From assembly GCF_964204645.1 (NCBI RefSeq), contig NC_134028.1, positions 62,001 to 126,000 of the forward strand: a stretch of 64,000 nt of DNA. The letters are read 5' to 3'. Origin of the DNA: Tubulanus polymorphus. Taxonomy: Eukaryota; Animalia; Nemertea. Every line of letters begins with the position of its first letter. The stretch's first letter is position 1. The notes beneath the pieces are model-generated. The model did not search any database. It was not told the origin of the DNA and worked only from the letters and a program-made list of their open reading frames with translations. Position numbers and translations under genes: made by a program. Positions 47,901 to 62,900 of the stretch are shown here, piece after piece.

Positions 47901-50900
47901 GAAATCAGTTCAGTCTACCTTAACCTATCATTTCAGATCGAGTCCATCATCTTCAGGAGCATAAATAGCCACGAAATTCTTAATCTTTCAACCTATCTGT
48001 TTGAAATCAGTTCAGTACACCCTAACCCATCAATTAAGATAGAATTCATCATCTTTAGGACCCTATTTTGCAAGAAAAATCTGTATCTTTCAGTCCATCT
48101 ACTCGAAATCAGTTCAGTTTACCTTAACCTATCATTTCAGATCGAGTCCATCATCTTCAGGAGCATAAATAACCAGAAAATTCTTAATCTTTCCACCTAT
48201 CTATTTGAAATCAGTTCAATACGCCTTAGCCCATCTTTTCAGATTCAGTCCATCATCTTCAGAACCAAAGGCAGCCAGAAAATTCTTAATCTTTCCACCT
48301 ATCTGTTTGAAATCAGTTCAGTTCACCCTAACCCATCAATTTAGATAGAATTCATCATCTTTAGGACCCTATTTTGCAAGAAAAACCTGTATCTTTCAGT
48401 CCATCTGCTCGAAATCAGTTCAGTTTACCTTAACCTATCATTTCAGATCGAGTCCATCATCTTCAGGAGCATAAATAGCCAGAAAATTCTTAATCTTTCC
48501 ACCTATCTATTTGAAATCAGTTCAATACGCCTTAACACATCGTTTCAGATTGAATCCATCATCTTCAGAACCAAAAGCAGCCAGAAAATTCTGATTCTTT
48601 CAACCTATCTATTTGAAATCAGTTCAGTACACCCTAACCCATCAATTAAGATAGAACTCATCATCTTTAGGACCCTATTTTGCAAGAAAAATCTGTATCT
48701 TTCAGTCCATCTACTCGAAATCAGTTCAGTTTACCTTAACCTATCATTTCAGATCGAGTCCATCATCTTCAGGAGCATAAATAGCCATAAAATTCTTAAT
48801 CTTTCCATCTATCTATTTGAAATCAGTTCAATACGCCTTAACACATCTTTTCAGATTGAATCCATCATCTTCAGAACCAAAAGCAGCCAGAAAATTCTTA
48901 ATCTTTCCACCTATCTATTTGAAATCAGTTCAATACGCCTTAGCCCATCTTTTCAGATTGAGTCCATCATCTTCAGAACCAAAGGCAGCCAGAAAATTCT
49001 GATTCTTTCCACCTATCTATTTGAAATCAGTTCAGTTCACCCTAACTCATCAATTAAGATAGAATTCATCATCTTTAGGACCCTATTTTGCAAGAAAAAT
49101 CTGTATCTTTCAGTCCATCTGCTCGAAATCAGTTCAGTTTACCTTAACCTATCATTTCAGATCGAGTTCATCATCTTCAGGAGCATAAATAGCCAGAAAA
49201 TTCTAAATCTTTCCACCTATCTATTTGAAATCAGTTCAATACGCCTTAGCCCATCTTTTCAGATTATGTCCATCATCTTCAGAACCAAAGGCAGCCAGAA
49301 AATTCTGATTCTTTCCACCTATCTATTTGAAATCAGTTCAGTTCACCCTAACTCATCAATTAAGATAGAATTCATCATCTTTAGGACCCTATTTTGCAAG
49401 AAAAATCTGTATCTTTCAGTCCACCTACTCGAAATCAGTTCAGTTTACCTTAACCTATCATTTCAGATCGAGTCCATCATCTTCAGGAGCATAAATAACC
49501 AGAAAATTCTTAATCTTTCAACCTATCTGTTTGAAATCAGTTTAGTACACCCTAACCCATCAATTAAGATAGAATTCATCATCTTTAGGACCCTATTTTG
49601 CAAGAAAAATCTGTATCTCTCAGTCCATCTACTCGAAATCAGTTCAGTTTACCTTAACCTATCATTTCAGATCGAGTCCATCATCTTCAGGAGCATACAT
49701 AACCAGAAAATTCTTAATCTTTCCACCTATCTATTTGAAATCAGTTCAATACGCCTTAGCCCATCTTTTCAGATTCAGTCCATCATCTTCAGAACCAAAG
49801 GCAGCCAGAAAATTCTTAATCTTTCCACCTATCTGTTTGAAATCAGTTCAGTTCACCCTAACCCATCAATTTAGATAGAATTCATCATCTTTAGGACCCT
49901 ATTTTGCAAGAAAAACCTGTATCTTTCAGTCCATCTGCTCGAAATCAGTTCAGTTTACCTTAACCTATCATTTCAGATCGAGTCCATCATCTTCAGGAGC
50001 ATAAATAGCCAGAAAATTCTTAATCTTTCCACCTATCTATTTGAAATCAGTTCAATACGCCTTAACACATCTTTTCAGATTGAATCCATCATCTTCAGAA
50101 CCAAAAGCAGCCAGAAAATTCTGATTCTTTCAACCTATCTATTTGACATCAGTTCAGTACACCCTAACCCATCAATTAAGATAGAACTCATCATCTTTAG
50201 GACCCTATTTTGCAAGAAAAATCTGTATCTTTCAGTCCATCTGCTCGAAATCAGTTCAGTTTACCTTAACCTATCATTTCAGATCGAGTCCATCATCTTC
50301 AGGAGCATAAATAGCCAGAAAATTCTTAATCTTTCCACCTATCTATTTGAAATCAGTTCAATACGCCTTAACACATCTTTTCAGATTGAATCCATCATCT
50401 TCAGAACCAAAAGCAGCCAGAAAATTCTTAATCTTTCAACCTATCTATTTGAAATCAGTTCAGTACACCCTAACCCATCAATTAAGATAGAATTCATCAT
50501 CTTTAGGACCCTATTTTGCAAGAAAAATCTGTATCTTTCAGTCCATCTACTCGAAATCAGTTCAGTTTACCTTAACCTATCATTTCAGATCGAGTCCATC
50601 ATCTTCAGGAGCATAAATAGCCAGAAAATTCTTAATCTTTCCACCTATCTATTTGAAATCAGTTCAATACGCCTTAGCCCATCTTTTCAGATTGAGTCCA
50701 TCATCTTCAGAACCAAAGGCAGCCAGAAAATTCTGATTCTTTCCACCTATCTATTTGCAATCAGTTCAGTTCACCCTAACCCATCAATTAAGATAGAATT
50801 CATCATCTTTAGGACCCTATTTTGCAAGAAAAATCTGTATCTTTCAGTCCATCTACTCGAAATCAGTTCAGTTTACCTTAACCTATCATTTCAGATCGAG

Positions 50901-53900
50901 TCCATCATCTTCAGGAGCATAAATAGCCAGAAAATTCTTAATCTTTCCACCTATCTATTTGAAATCAGTTCAATACGCCTTAGCCCATCTTTTCAGATTG
51001 AATCCATCATCTTCAGAACCAAAAGCAGCCAGAAAATTCTGATTCTTTCAACCTATCTATTTGAAATCAGTTCAGTACACCCTAACCCATCAATTAAGAT
51101 AGAATTCATCATCTTTAGGACCCTATTTTGCAAGAAAAATCTGTATCTTTCAGTCCATCTACTCGAAATCAGTTCAATTTACCTTAACCTATCATTTCAG
51201 ATCGAGTCCATCATCTTCAGGAGCATAAATAGCCAGAAAATTCTTAATCTTTCCACCTATCTATTTGAAATCAGTTCAATACGCCTTAACACATCTTTTC
51301 AGATTGAATCCATCATCTTCAGAACCAAAAGCAGCCAGAAAATTCGTAATCTTTCAACCTATCTATTTGAAATCAGTTCAATACGCCTTAACCCATCTTT
51401 TCAGATTGAGTCCATCATCTTCTGAACCAAAGGCAGCAAGAAAATTCTGATTCTTTCAACCTATCTATTTGAAATCAGTTCAGTACACCCTTACCCATCA
51501 ATTAAGATAGAATTCATCATCTTTAGGACCCTATTTTGCAAGAAAAATCTGTATCTTTCAGTCCATCTACTCGAAATCAGTTCAGTTTACCTTAACCTAT
51601 AATTTCAGAGCGAGTCCATCATCTTCAGGAGCATAAATAACCAGAAAATTCTTAATCTTTCCACCTATCTATTTGAAATCAGTTCAGTAAACCCTAACCC
51701 ATCAATTAAGATAGAACTCATCATCTTTAGGACCCTATTTTGAAAGAAAAATCTGTATCTTTCAGTCCATCTGCTCGAAATCAGTTCAGTTTACCTTAAC
51801 CTATCATTTCAGATCGAGTCCATCATCTTCAGGAGCATAAATAGCCAGAAAATTCTTAATCTTTCCACCTATCCATTTGAAATCAGTTCAATACGCCTTA
51901 ACCCATCTTTTCAGATTGAATCCATCATCTTCAGAACCAAAAGCAGCCAGAAATTTCTGATTCTTTCAACCTATCTATTTGAAATCAGTTCAGTACACCC
52001 TAACCCATCAATTAAGATAGAACTCATCATCTTTAGGACCCTATTTTGCAAGAAAAATCTGTATCTTTTAGTCCATCAGCTCGAAATCAGTTCAGTTTAC
52101 CTTAACCTATCATTTCAGATCGAGTCCATCATCTTCAGGAGCATAAATAGCCAGAAAATTCTTAATCTTTCCACCTATCTATTTGAAATCAGTTCAATAC
52201 GCCTTAGCCCATCTTTTCAGATTGAGTCCATCATCTTCAGAACCAAAGGCAGCCAGAAAATTCTGATTCTTTCCACCCATCTATTTGAAATCAGTTCAGT
52301 TCACCCTAACCCATCAATTAAGGTAGAATTCATCATCTTTAGGACCCTATTTTGCAAGAAAAATCTGTATCTATCAGTCCATCTACTCGAAATCAGTTCA
52401 GTCTACCTTAACCTATCATTTCAGATCGAGTCCATCATCTTCAGGAGCATAAATAGCCACGAAATTCTTAATCTTTCAACCTATCTGTTTGAAATCAGTT
52501 CAGTACACCCTAACCCATCAATTAAGATAGAATTCATCATCTTTAGGACCCTATTTTGCAAGAAAAATCTGTATCTTTCAGTCCATCTACTCGAAATCAG
52601 TTCAGTTTACCTTAACCTATCATTTCAGATCGAGTCCATCATCTTCAGGAGCATAAATAACCAGAAAATTCTTAATCTTTCCACCTATCTATTTGAAATC
52701 AGTTCAATACGCCTTAGCCCATCTTTTCAGATTGAGTCCATCATCTTCAGAACCAAAGGCAGCCAGAAAATTCTGATTCTTTCCACCTATCTATTTGAAA
52801 TCAGTTCAGTTCACCCTAACTCATCAATTAAGATAGAATTCATCATCTTTAGGACCCTATTTTGCAAGAAAAATCTGTATCTTTCAGTCCATCTACTCGA
52901 AATCAGTTCAGTTTACCTTAACCTATCATTTCAGATCGAGTCCATCATCTTCAGGAGCATAAATAACCAGAAGATTCTTAATCTTTCAACCTATCTGTTT
53001 GAAATCAGTTCAGTACACCCTAACCCATCAATTAAGATAGAATTCATCATCTTTAGGACCCTATTTTGCAAGAAAAATCTGTATCTTTCAGTCCATCTAC
53101 TCGAAATCAGTTCAGTTTACCTTAACCTATCATTTCAGATCGAGTCCATCATCTTCAGGAGCATAAATAACCAGAAAATTCTTAATCTTTCCACCTATCT
53201 ATTTGAAATCAGTTCAATACGCCTTAGCCCATCTTTTCAGATTCAGTCCATCATCTTCAGAACCAAAGGCAGCCAGAAAATTCTTAATCTTTCCACCTAT
53301 CTGTTTGAAATCAGTTCAGTTCACCCTAACCCATCAATTTAGATAGAATTCATCATCTTTAGGACCCTATTTTGCAAGAAAAACCTGTATCTTTCAGTCC
53401 ATCTGCTCGAAATCAGTTCAGTTTACCTTAACCTATCATTTCAGATCGAGTCCATCATCTTCAGGAGCATAAATAGCCAGAAAATTCTTAATCTTTCCAC
53501 CTATCTATTTGAAATCAGTTCAATACGCCTTAACACATCTTTTCAGATTGAATCCATCATCTTCAGAACCAAAAGCAGCCAGAAAATTCTGATTCTTTCA
53601 ACCTATCTATTTGAAATCAGTTCAGTACACCCTAACCCATCAATTAAGATAGAACTCATCATCTTTAGGACCCTATTTTGCAAGAAAAATCTGTATCTTT
53701 CAGTCCATCTGCTCGAAATCAGTTCAGTTTACCTTAACCTATCATTTCAGATCGAGTCCATCATCTTCAGGAGCATAAATAGCCAGAAAATTCTTAATCT
53801 TTCCACCTATCTATTTGAAATCAGTTCAATACGTCTTAACACATCTTTTCAGATTGAATCCATCATCTTCAGAACCAAAAGCAGCCAGAAAATTCTTAAT

Positions 53901-56900
53901 CTTTCAACCTATCTATTTGAAATCAGTTCAGTACACCCTAACCCATCAATTAAGATAGAATTCATCATCTTTAGGACCCTATTTTGCAAGAAAAATCTGT
54001 ATCTTTCAGTCCATCTACTCGAAATCAGTTCAGTTTACCTTAACCTATCAATTCAGATCGAGTCCATCATCTTCAGGAGCATAAATAGCCAGAAAATTCT
54101 TAATCTTTCCACCTATCTATTTGAAATCAGTTCAATACGCCTTAGCCCATCTTTTCAGATTGAGTCCATCATCTTCAGAACCAAAGGCAGCCAGAAAATT
54201 CTGATTCTTTCAACCTATCTATTTGAAATCAGTTCAGTTCACCCTAACCCATCAATTAAGATAGAATTCATCATCTTTAGGACCCTATTTTGCAAGAAAA
54301 ATCTGTATCTTTCAGTCCATCTACTCGAAATCAGTTCAGTTTACCTTAACCTATCATTTCAGATCGAGTCCATCATCTTCAGGAGCATAAATAGCCAGAA
54401 AATTCTTAATCTTTCCACCTAACCATTTGAAATCAGTTCAGTACACCCTAACCCATCAATTAAGATAGAATTCATCATCTTTAGGACCCTATTTTGCAAG
54501 AAAAATCTGTATCTTTCAGTCCATCTACTCGAAATCAGTTCAGTTTACCTTAACCTATCATTTCAGATCGAGTCCATCATCTTCAGGAGCATAAATAGCC
54601 AGAAAATTCTTAATCTTTCCACCTATCTATTTGAAATCAGTTCAATACGCCTTAGCCCATCTTTTCAGATTCAGTCCATCATCTTCAGAACCAAAGGCAG
54701 CCAGAAAATTCTGATTCTTTCAACCTATCTATTTGAAATCAGTTCAGTTCACCCTAACCCATCAATTAAGATAGAATTCATCATCTTTAGGACCCTATTT
54801 TGCAAGAAAAATCTGTATCTTTCAGTCCATCTACTCGAAATCAGTTCAGTTTACCTTAACCTATCATTTCAGATCGAGTCCATCATCTTCAGGAGCATAA
54901 ATAGCCAGAAAATTCTTAATCTTTCCACCTATCCATTTGAAATCAGTTCAGTACACCCTAACCCATCAATTAAGATAGAATTCATCATCTTTAGGACCCT
55001 ATTTTGCAAGAAAAATCTGTATCTTTCAGTCCATCTACTCGAAATCAGTTCAGTTTACCTTAACCTATCATTTCAGATCGAGTCCATCATCTTCAGGAGC
55101 ATAAATAGCCAGAAAATTCTTAATCTTTCCACCTATCTATTTGAAATCAGTTCAATACGCCTTAGCCCATCTTTTCAGATTCAGTCCATCATCTTCAGAA
55201 CGAAAAGCAGCCAGAAAATTCTGATTCTTTCAACCTATCTATTTGAAATCAGTTCAGTTCACCCTAACCCATCAATTAAGATAGAATTCATCATCTTTAG
55301 GACCCTATTTTGCAAGAAAAATCTGTATCTTTCAGTCCATCTATTCGAAATCAGTTCAGTTTACCTTAACCTATCATTTCAGATCGAGTCCATCATCTTC
55401 AGGAGCATAAATAGCCAGAAAATTCGTAATCTTTCCACCTATCTATTTGAAATCAGTTCAGTACACCCTAACCCATCAATTAAGATAGAACTCATCATCT
55501 TTAGGACCCTATTTTGCAAGAAAAATCTGTATCTTTCAGTCCATCTACTCGAAATCAGTTCAGTCTACCTTAACCTATCATTTCAGATCGAGTCCATCAT
55601 CTTCAGGAGCATAAATAGCCAGAAAATTCTTAATCTTTCCACCTATCTATTTGAAATCAGTTCAATACGCCTTAACACATCTTTTCAGATTGAATCCATC
55701 ATCTTCAGAACCAAAAGCAGCCAGAAAATTCTGATTCTTTCAACCTATCTATTTGAAATCAGTTCAGTACACCCTAACCCATCAATTAAGATAGAATTCA
55801 TCATCTTTAGGACCCTATTTTGCAAGAAAAATCTGTATCTTTCAGTCCATCTACTCGAAATCAGTTCAGTTTACCTTAACCTATCATTTCAGATCGAGTC
55901 CATCATCTTCAGGAGCATAAATAGCCAGAAAATTCTTAATCTTTCCACCTATCTATTTGAAATCAGTTCAATACGCCTTAGCCCATCTTTTCAGATTGAG
56001 TCCATCATCTTCAGAACCAAAGGCAGCCAGAAAATTCTGATTCTTTCCACCCATCTATTTGAAATCAGTTCAGTTCACCCTAACCCATCAATTAAGGTAG
56101 AATTCATCATCTTTAGGACCCTATTTTGCAAGAAAAATCTGTATCTTTCAGTCCATCTACTCGAAATCAGTTCAGTCTACCTTAACCTATCATTTCAGAT
56201 CGAGTCCATCATCTTCAGGAGCATAAATAGCCACGAAATTCTTAATCTTTCAACCTATCTGTTTGAAATCAGTTCAGTACACCCTAACCCATCAATTAAG
56301 ATAGAATTCATCATCTTTAGGACCCTATTTTGCAAGAAAAATCTGTATCTTTCAGTCCATCTACTCGAAATCAGTTCAGTTTACCTTAACCTATCATTTC
56401 AGATCGAGTCCATCATCTTCAGGAGCATAAATAACCAGAAAATTCTTAATCTTTCCACCTATCTATTTGAAATCAGTTCAATACGCCTTAGCCCATCTTT
56501 TCAGATTCAGTCCATCATCTTCAGAACCAAAGGCAGCCAGAAAATTCTTAATCTTTCCACCTATCTGTTTGAAATCAGTTCAGTTCACCCTAACCCATCA
56601 ATTTAGATAGAATTCATCATCTTTAGGACCCTATTTTGCAAGAAAAACCTGTATCTTTCAGTCCATCTGCTCGAAATCAGTTCAGTTTACCTTAACCTAT
56701 CATTTCAGATCGAGTCCATCATCTTCAGGAGCATAAATAGCCAGAAAATTCTTAATCTTTCCACCTATCTATTTGAAATCAGTTCAATACGCCTTAACAC
56801 ATCGTTTCAGATTGAATCCATCATCTTCAGAACCAAAAGCAGCCAGAAAATTCTGATTCTTTCAACCTATCTATTTGAAATCAGTTCAGTACACCCTAAC

Positions 56901-59900
56901 CCATCAATTAAGATAGAACTCATCATCTTTAGGACCCTATTTTGCAAGAAAAATCTGTATCTTTCAGTCCATCTACTCGAAATCAGTTCAGTTTACCTTA
57001 ACCTATCATTTCAGATCGAGTCCATCATCTTCAGGAGCATAAATAGCCATAAAATTCTTAATCTTTCCATCTATCTATTTGAAATCAGTTCAATACGCCT
57101 TAACACATCTTTTCAGATTGAATCCATCATCTTCAGAACCAAAAGCAGCCAGAAAATTCTTAATCTTTCCACCTATCTATTTGAAATCAGTTCAATACGC
57201 CTTAGCCCATCTTTTCAGATTGAGTCCATCATCTTCAGAACCAAAGGCAGCCAGAAAATTCTGATTCTTTCCACCTATCTATTTGAAATCAGTTCAGTTC
57301 ACCCTAACTCATCAATTAAGATAGAATTCATCATCTTTAGGACCCTATTTTGCAAGAAAAATCTGTATCTTTCAGTCCATCTGCTCGAAATCAGTTCAGT
57401 TTACCTTAACCTATCATTTCAGATCGAGTTCATCATCTTCAGGAGCATAAATAGCCAGAAAATTCTAAATCTTTCCACCTATCTATTTGAAATCAGTTCA
57501 ATACGCCTTAGCCCATCTTTTCAGATTATGTCCATCATCTTCAGAACCAAAGGCAGCCAGAAAATTCTGATTCTTTCCACCTATCTATTTGAAATCAGTT
57601 CAGTTCACCCTAACTCATCAATTAAGATAGAATTCATCATCTTTAGGACCCTATTTTGCAAGAAAAATCTGTATCTTTCAGTCCACCTACTCGAAATCAG
57701 TTCAGTTTACCTTAACCTATCATTTCAGATCGAGTCCATCATCTTCAGGAGCATAAATAACCAGAAAATTCTTAATCTTTCAACCTATCTGTTTGAAATC
57801 AGTTTAGTACACCCTAACCCATCAATTAAGATAGAATTCATCATCTTTAGGACCCTATTTTGCAAGAAAAATCTGTATCTCTCAGTCCATCTACTCGAAA
57901 TCAGTTCAGTTTACCTTAACCTATCATTTCAGATCGAGTCCATCATCTTCAGGAGCATACATAACCAGAAAATTCTTAATCTTTCCACCTATCTATTTGA
58001 AATCAGTTCAATACGCCTTAGCCCATCTTTTCAGATTCAGTCCATCATCTTCAGAACCAAAGGCAGCCAGAAAATTCTTAATCTTTCCACCTATCTGTTT
58101 GAAATCAGTTCAGTTCACCCTAACCCATCAATTTAGATAGAATTCATCATCTTTAGGACCCTATTTTGCAAGAAAAACCTGTATCTTTCAGTCCATCTGC
58201 TCGAAATCAGTTCAGTTTACCTTAACCTATCATTTCAGATCGAGTCCATCATCTTCAGGAGCATAAATAGCCAGAAAATTCTTAATCTTTCCACCTATCT
58301 ATTTGAAATCAGTTCAATACGCCTTAACACATCTTTTCAGATTGAATCCATCATCTTCAGAACCAAAAGCAGCCAGAAAATTCTGATTCTTTCAACCTAT
58401 CTATTTGACATCAGTTCAGTACACCCTAACCCATCAATTAAGATAGAACTCATCATCTTTAGGACCCTATTTTGCAAGAAAAATCTGTATCTTTCAGTCC
58501 ATCTGCTCGAAATCAGTTCAGTTTACCTTAACCTATCATTTCAGATCGAGTCCATCATCTTCAGGAGCATAAATAGCCAGAAAATTCTTAATCTTTCCAC
58601 CTATCTATTTGAAATCAGTTCAATACGCCTTAACACATCTTTTCAGATTGAATCCATCATCTTCAGAACCAAAAGCAGCCAGAAAATTCTTAATCTTTCA
58701 ACCTATCTATTTGAAATCAGTTCAGTACACCCTAACCCATCAATTAAGATAGAATTCATCATCTTTAGGACCCTATTTTGCAAGAAAAATCTGTATCTTT
58801 CAGTCCATCTACTCGAAATCAGTTCAGTTTACCTTAACCTATCATTTCAGATCGAGTCCATCATCTTCAGGAGCATAAATAGCCAGAAAATTCTTAATCT
58901 TTCCACCTATCTATTTGAAATCAGTTCAATACGCCTTAGCCCATCTTTTCAGATTGAGTCCATCATCTTCAGAACCAAAGGCAGCCAGAAAATTCTGATT
59001 CTTTCCACCTATCTATTTGAAATCAGTTCAGTTCACCCTAACCCATCAATTAAGATAGAATTCATCATCTTTAGGACCCTATTTTGCAAGAAAAATCTGT
59101 ATCTTTCAGTCCATCTACTCGAAATCAGTTCAGTTTACCTTAACCTATCATTTCAGATCGAGTCCATCATCTTCAGGAGCATAAATAGCCAGAAAATTCT
59201 TAATCTTTCCACCTATCCATTTGAAATCAGTTCAGTACACCCTAACCCATCAATTAAGATAGAATTCATCATCTTTAGGACCCTATTTTGCAAGAAAAAT
59301 CTGTATCTTTCAGTCCATCTACTCGAAATCAGTTCAGTTTACCTTAACCTATCATTTCAGATCGAGTCCATCATCTTCAGGAGCATAAATAGCCAGAAAA
59401 TTCTTAATCTTTCCACCTATCTATTTGAAATCAGTTCAATACGCCTTAACACATCTTTTCAGATTGAATCCATCATCTTCAGAACCAAAAGCAGCCAGAA
59501 AATTCTGATTCTTTCAACCTATCTATTTGAAATCAGTTCAGTACACCCTAACCCATCAATTAAGATAGAATTCATCATCTTTAGGACCCTATTTTGCAAG
59601 AAAAATCTGTATCTTTCAGTCCAACTACTCGAAATCAGTTCAGTTTACCTTAACCTATCATTTCAGATCGAGTCCATCATCTTCAGGAGTATAAATAGCC
59701 AGAAAATTCTTAATCTTTCCACCTATCTATTTGAAATCAGTTCAATACGCCTTAACACATCTTTTCAGATTGAATCCATCATCTTCAGAACCAAAAGCAG
59801 CCAGAAAATTCTTAATCTTTCAACCTATCTATTTGAAATCAGTTCAGTACACCCTAACCCATCAATTAAGATAGAATTCATCATCTTTAGGACCCTATTT

Positions 59901-62900
59901 TGCAAGAAAAATCTGTATCTTTCAGTCCATCTACTCGAAATCAGTTCAGTTTACCTTAACCTATCATTTCAGATCGAGTCCATCATCTTCAGGAGCATAA
60001 ATAGCCAGAAAATTCTTAATCTTTCCACCTATCTATTTGAAATCAGTTCAATACGCCTTAGCCCATCTTTTCAGATTGAATCCATCATCTTCAGAACCAA
60101 AAGCAGCCAGAAAATTCTGATTCTTTCAACCTATCTATTTGAAATCAGTTCAGTACACCCTAACCCATCAATTAAGATAGAATTCATCATCTTTAGGACC
60201 CTATTTTGCAAGAAAAATCTGTATCTTTCAGTCCATCTACTCGAAATCAGTTCAATTTACCTTAACCTATCATTTCAGATCGAGTCCATCATCTTCAGGA
60301 GCATAAATAGCCAGAAAATTCTTAATCTTTCCACCTATCTATTTGAAATCAGTTCAATACGCCTTAACACATCTTTTCAGATTGAATCCATCATCTTCAG
60401 AACCAAAAGCAGCCAGAAAATTCGTAATCTTTCAACCTATCTATTTGAAATCAGTTCAATACGCCTTAACCCATCTTTTCAGATTGAGTCCATCATCTTC
60501 AGAACCAAAGGCAGCAAGAAAATTCTGATTCTTTCAACCTATCTATTTGAAATCAGTTCAGTACACCCTTACCCATCAATTAAGATAGAATTCATCATCT
60601 TTAGGACCCTATTTTGCAAGAAAAATCTGTATCTTTCAGTCCATCTACTCGAAATCAGTTCAGTTTACCTTAACCTATAATTTCAGATCGAGTCCATCAT
60701 CTTCAGGAGCATAAATAACCAGAAAATTCTTAATCTTTCCACCTATCTATTTGAAATCAGTTCAGTAAACCCTAACCCATCAATTAAGATAGAACTCATC
60801 ATCTTTAGGACCCTATTTTGAAAGAAAAATCTGTATCTTTCAGTCCATCTGCTCGAAATCAGTTCAGTTTACCTTAACCTATCATTTCAGATCGAGTCCA
60901 TCATCTTCAGGAGCATGAATAGCCAGAAAATTCTTAATCTTTCCACCTATCCATTTGAAATCAGTTCAATACGCCTTAACCCATCTTTTCAGATTGAATC
61001 CATCATCTTCAGAACCAAAAGCAGCCAGAAATTGCTGATTCTTTCAACCTATCTATTTGAAATCAGTTCAGTACACCCTAACCCATCAATTAAGATAGAA
61101 CTCATCATCTTTAGGACCCTATTTTGCAAGAAAAATCTGTATCTTTTAGTCCATCAGCTCGAAATCAGTTCAGTTTACCTTAACCTATCATTTCAGATCG
61201 AGTCCATCATCTTCAGGAGCATAAATAGCCAGAAAATTCTTAATCTTTCCACCTATCTATTTAAAATCAGTTCAATACGCCTTAGCCCATCTTTTCAGAT
61301 TGAGTCCATCATCTTCAGAACCAAAGGCAGCCAGAAAATTCTGATTCTTTCCACCCATCTATTTGAAATCAGTTCAGTTCACCCTAACCCATCAATTAAG
61401 GTAGAATTCATCATCTTTAGGACCCTATTTTGCAAGAAAAATCTGTATCTATCAGTCCATCTACTCGAAATCAGTTCAGTCTACCTTAACCTATCATTTC
61501 AGATCGAGTCCATCATCTTCAGGAGCATAAATAGCCACGAAATTCTTAATCTTTCAACCTATCTGTTTGAAATTAGTTCAGTACACCCTAACCCATCAAT
61601 TAAGATAGAATTCATCATCTTTAGGACCCTATTTTGCAAGAAAAATCTGTATCTTTCAGTCCATCTACTCGAAATCAGTTCAGTTTACCTTAACCTATCA
61701 TTTCAGATCGAGTCCATCATCTTCAGGAGCATAAATAACCAGAAAATTCTTAATCTTTCCACCTATCTATTTGAAATCAGTTCAATACGCCTTAGCCCAT
61801 CTTTTCAGATTCAGTCCATCATCTTCAGAACCAAAGGCAGCCAGAAAATTCTTAATCTTTCCACCTATCTGTTTGAAATCAGTTCAGTTCACCCTAACCC
61901 ATCAATTTAGATAGAATTCATCATCTTTAGGACCCTATTTTGCAAGAAAAACCTGTATCTTTCAGTCCATCTGCTCGAAATTAGTTCAGTTTACCTTAAC
62001 CTATCATTTCAGATCGAGTCCATCATCTTCAGGAGCATAAATAGCCAGAAAATTCTTAATCTTTCCACCTATCTATTTGAAATCAGTTCAATACGCCTTA
62101 GCCCATCTTTTCAGATTGAGTCCATCATCTTCAGAACCAAAGGCAGCCAGAAAATTCTGATTCTTTCCACCTATCTATTTGAAATCAGTTCAGTTCACCA
62201 TAACTCATCAATTAAGATAGAATTCATCATCTTTAGGACCCTATTTTGCAAGAAAAATCTGTATCTTTCAGTCCATCTACTCGAAATCAGTTCAGTTTAC
62301 CTTAACCTATCATTTCAGATCGAGTCCATCATCTTCAGGAGCATAAATAACCAGAAGATTCTTAATCTTTCAACCTATCTGTTTGAAATCAGTTCAGTAC
62401 ACCCTAACCCATCAATTAAGATAGAATTCATCATCTTTAGGACCCTATTTTGCAAGAAAAATCTGTATCTTTCAGTCCATCTACTCGAAATCAGTTCAGT
62501 TTACCTTAACCTATCATTTCAGATCGAGTCCATCATCTTCAGGAGCATAAATAACCAGAAAATTCTTAATCTTTCCACCTATCTATTTGAAATCAGTTCA
62601 ATACGCCTTAGCCCATCTTTTCAGATTCAGTCCATCATCTTCAGAACCAAAGGCAGCCTGAAAATTCTTAATCTTTCCACCTATCTGATTGAAATCAGTT
62701 CAGTTCACCCTAACCCATCAATTTAGATAGAATTCATCATCTTTAGGACCCTATTTTGCAAGAAAAACCTGTATCTTTCAGTCCATCTGCTCGAAATCAG
62801 TTCAGTTTACCATAACCTATCATTTCAGATCGAGTCCATCATCTTCAGGAGCATAAATAGCCAGAAAATTCTTAATCTTTCCACCTATCTATTTGAAATC

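Noticed and set aside
12251-61910. Long + strand ORFs (up to 1120 aa) of 34-aa repeats in the satellite; 34 aa is TPR length
   Set aside because: They arise because the 102-bp monomer is divisible by 3. Starts come from chance variants or 1-bp deletions and stop-creating variants (tttagat, cctaacc, ctataa) are widespread. The I/F/S/L-rich sequence lacks the Ala/Gly TPR pattern. The minus frames of monomer A all contain stops.
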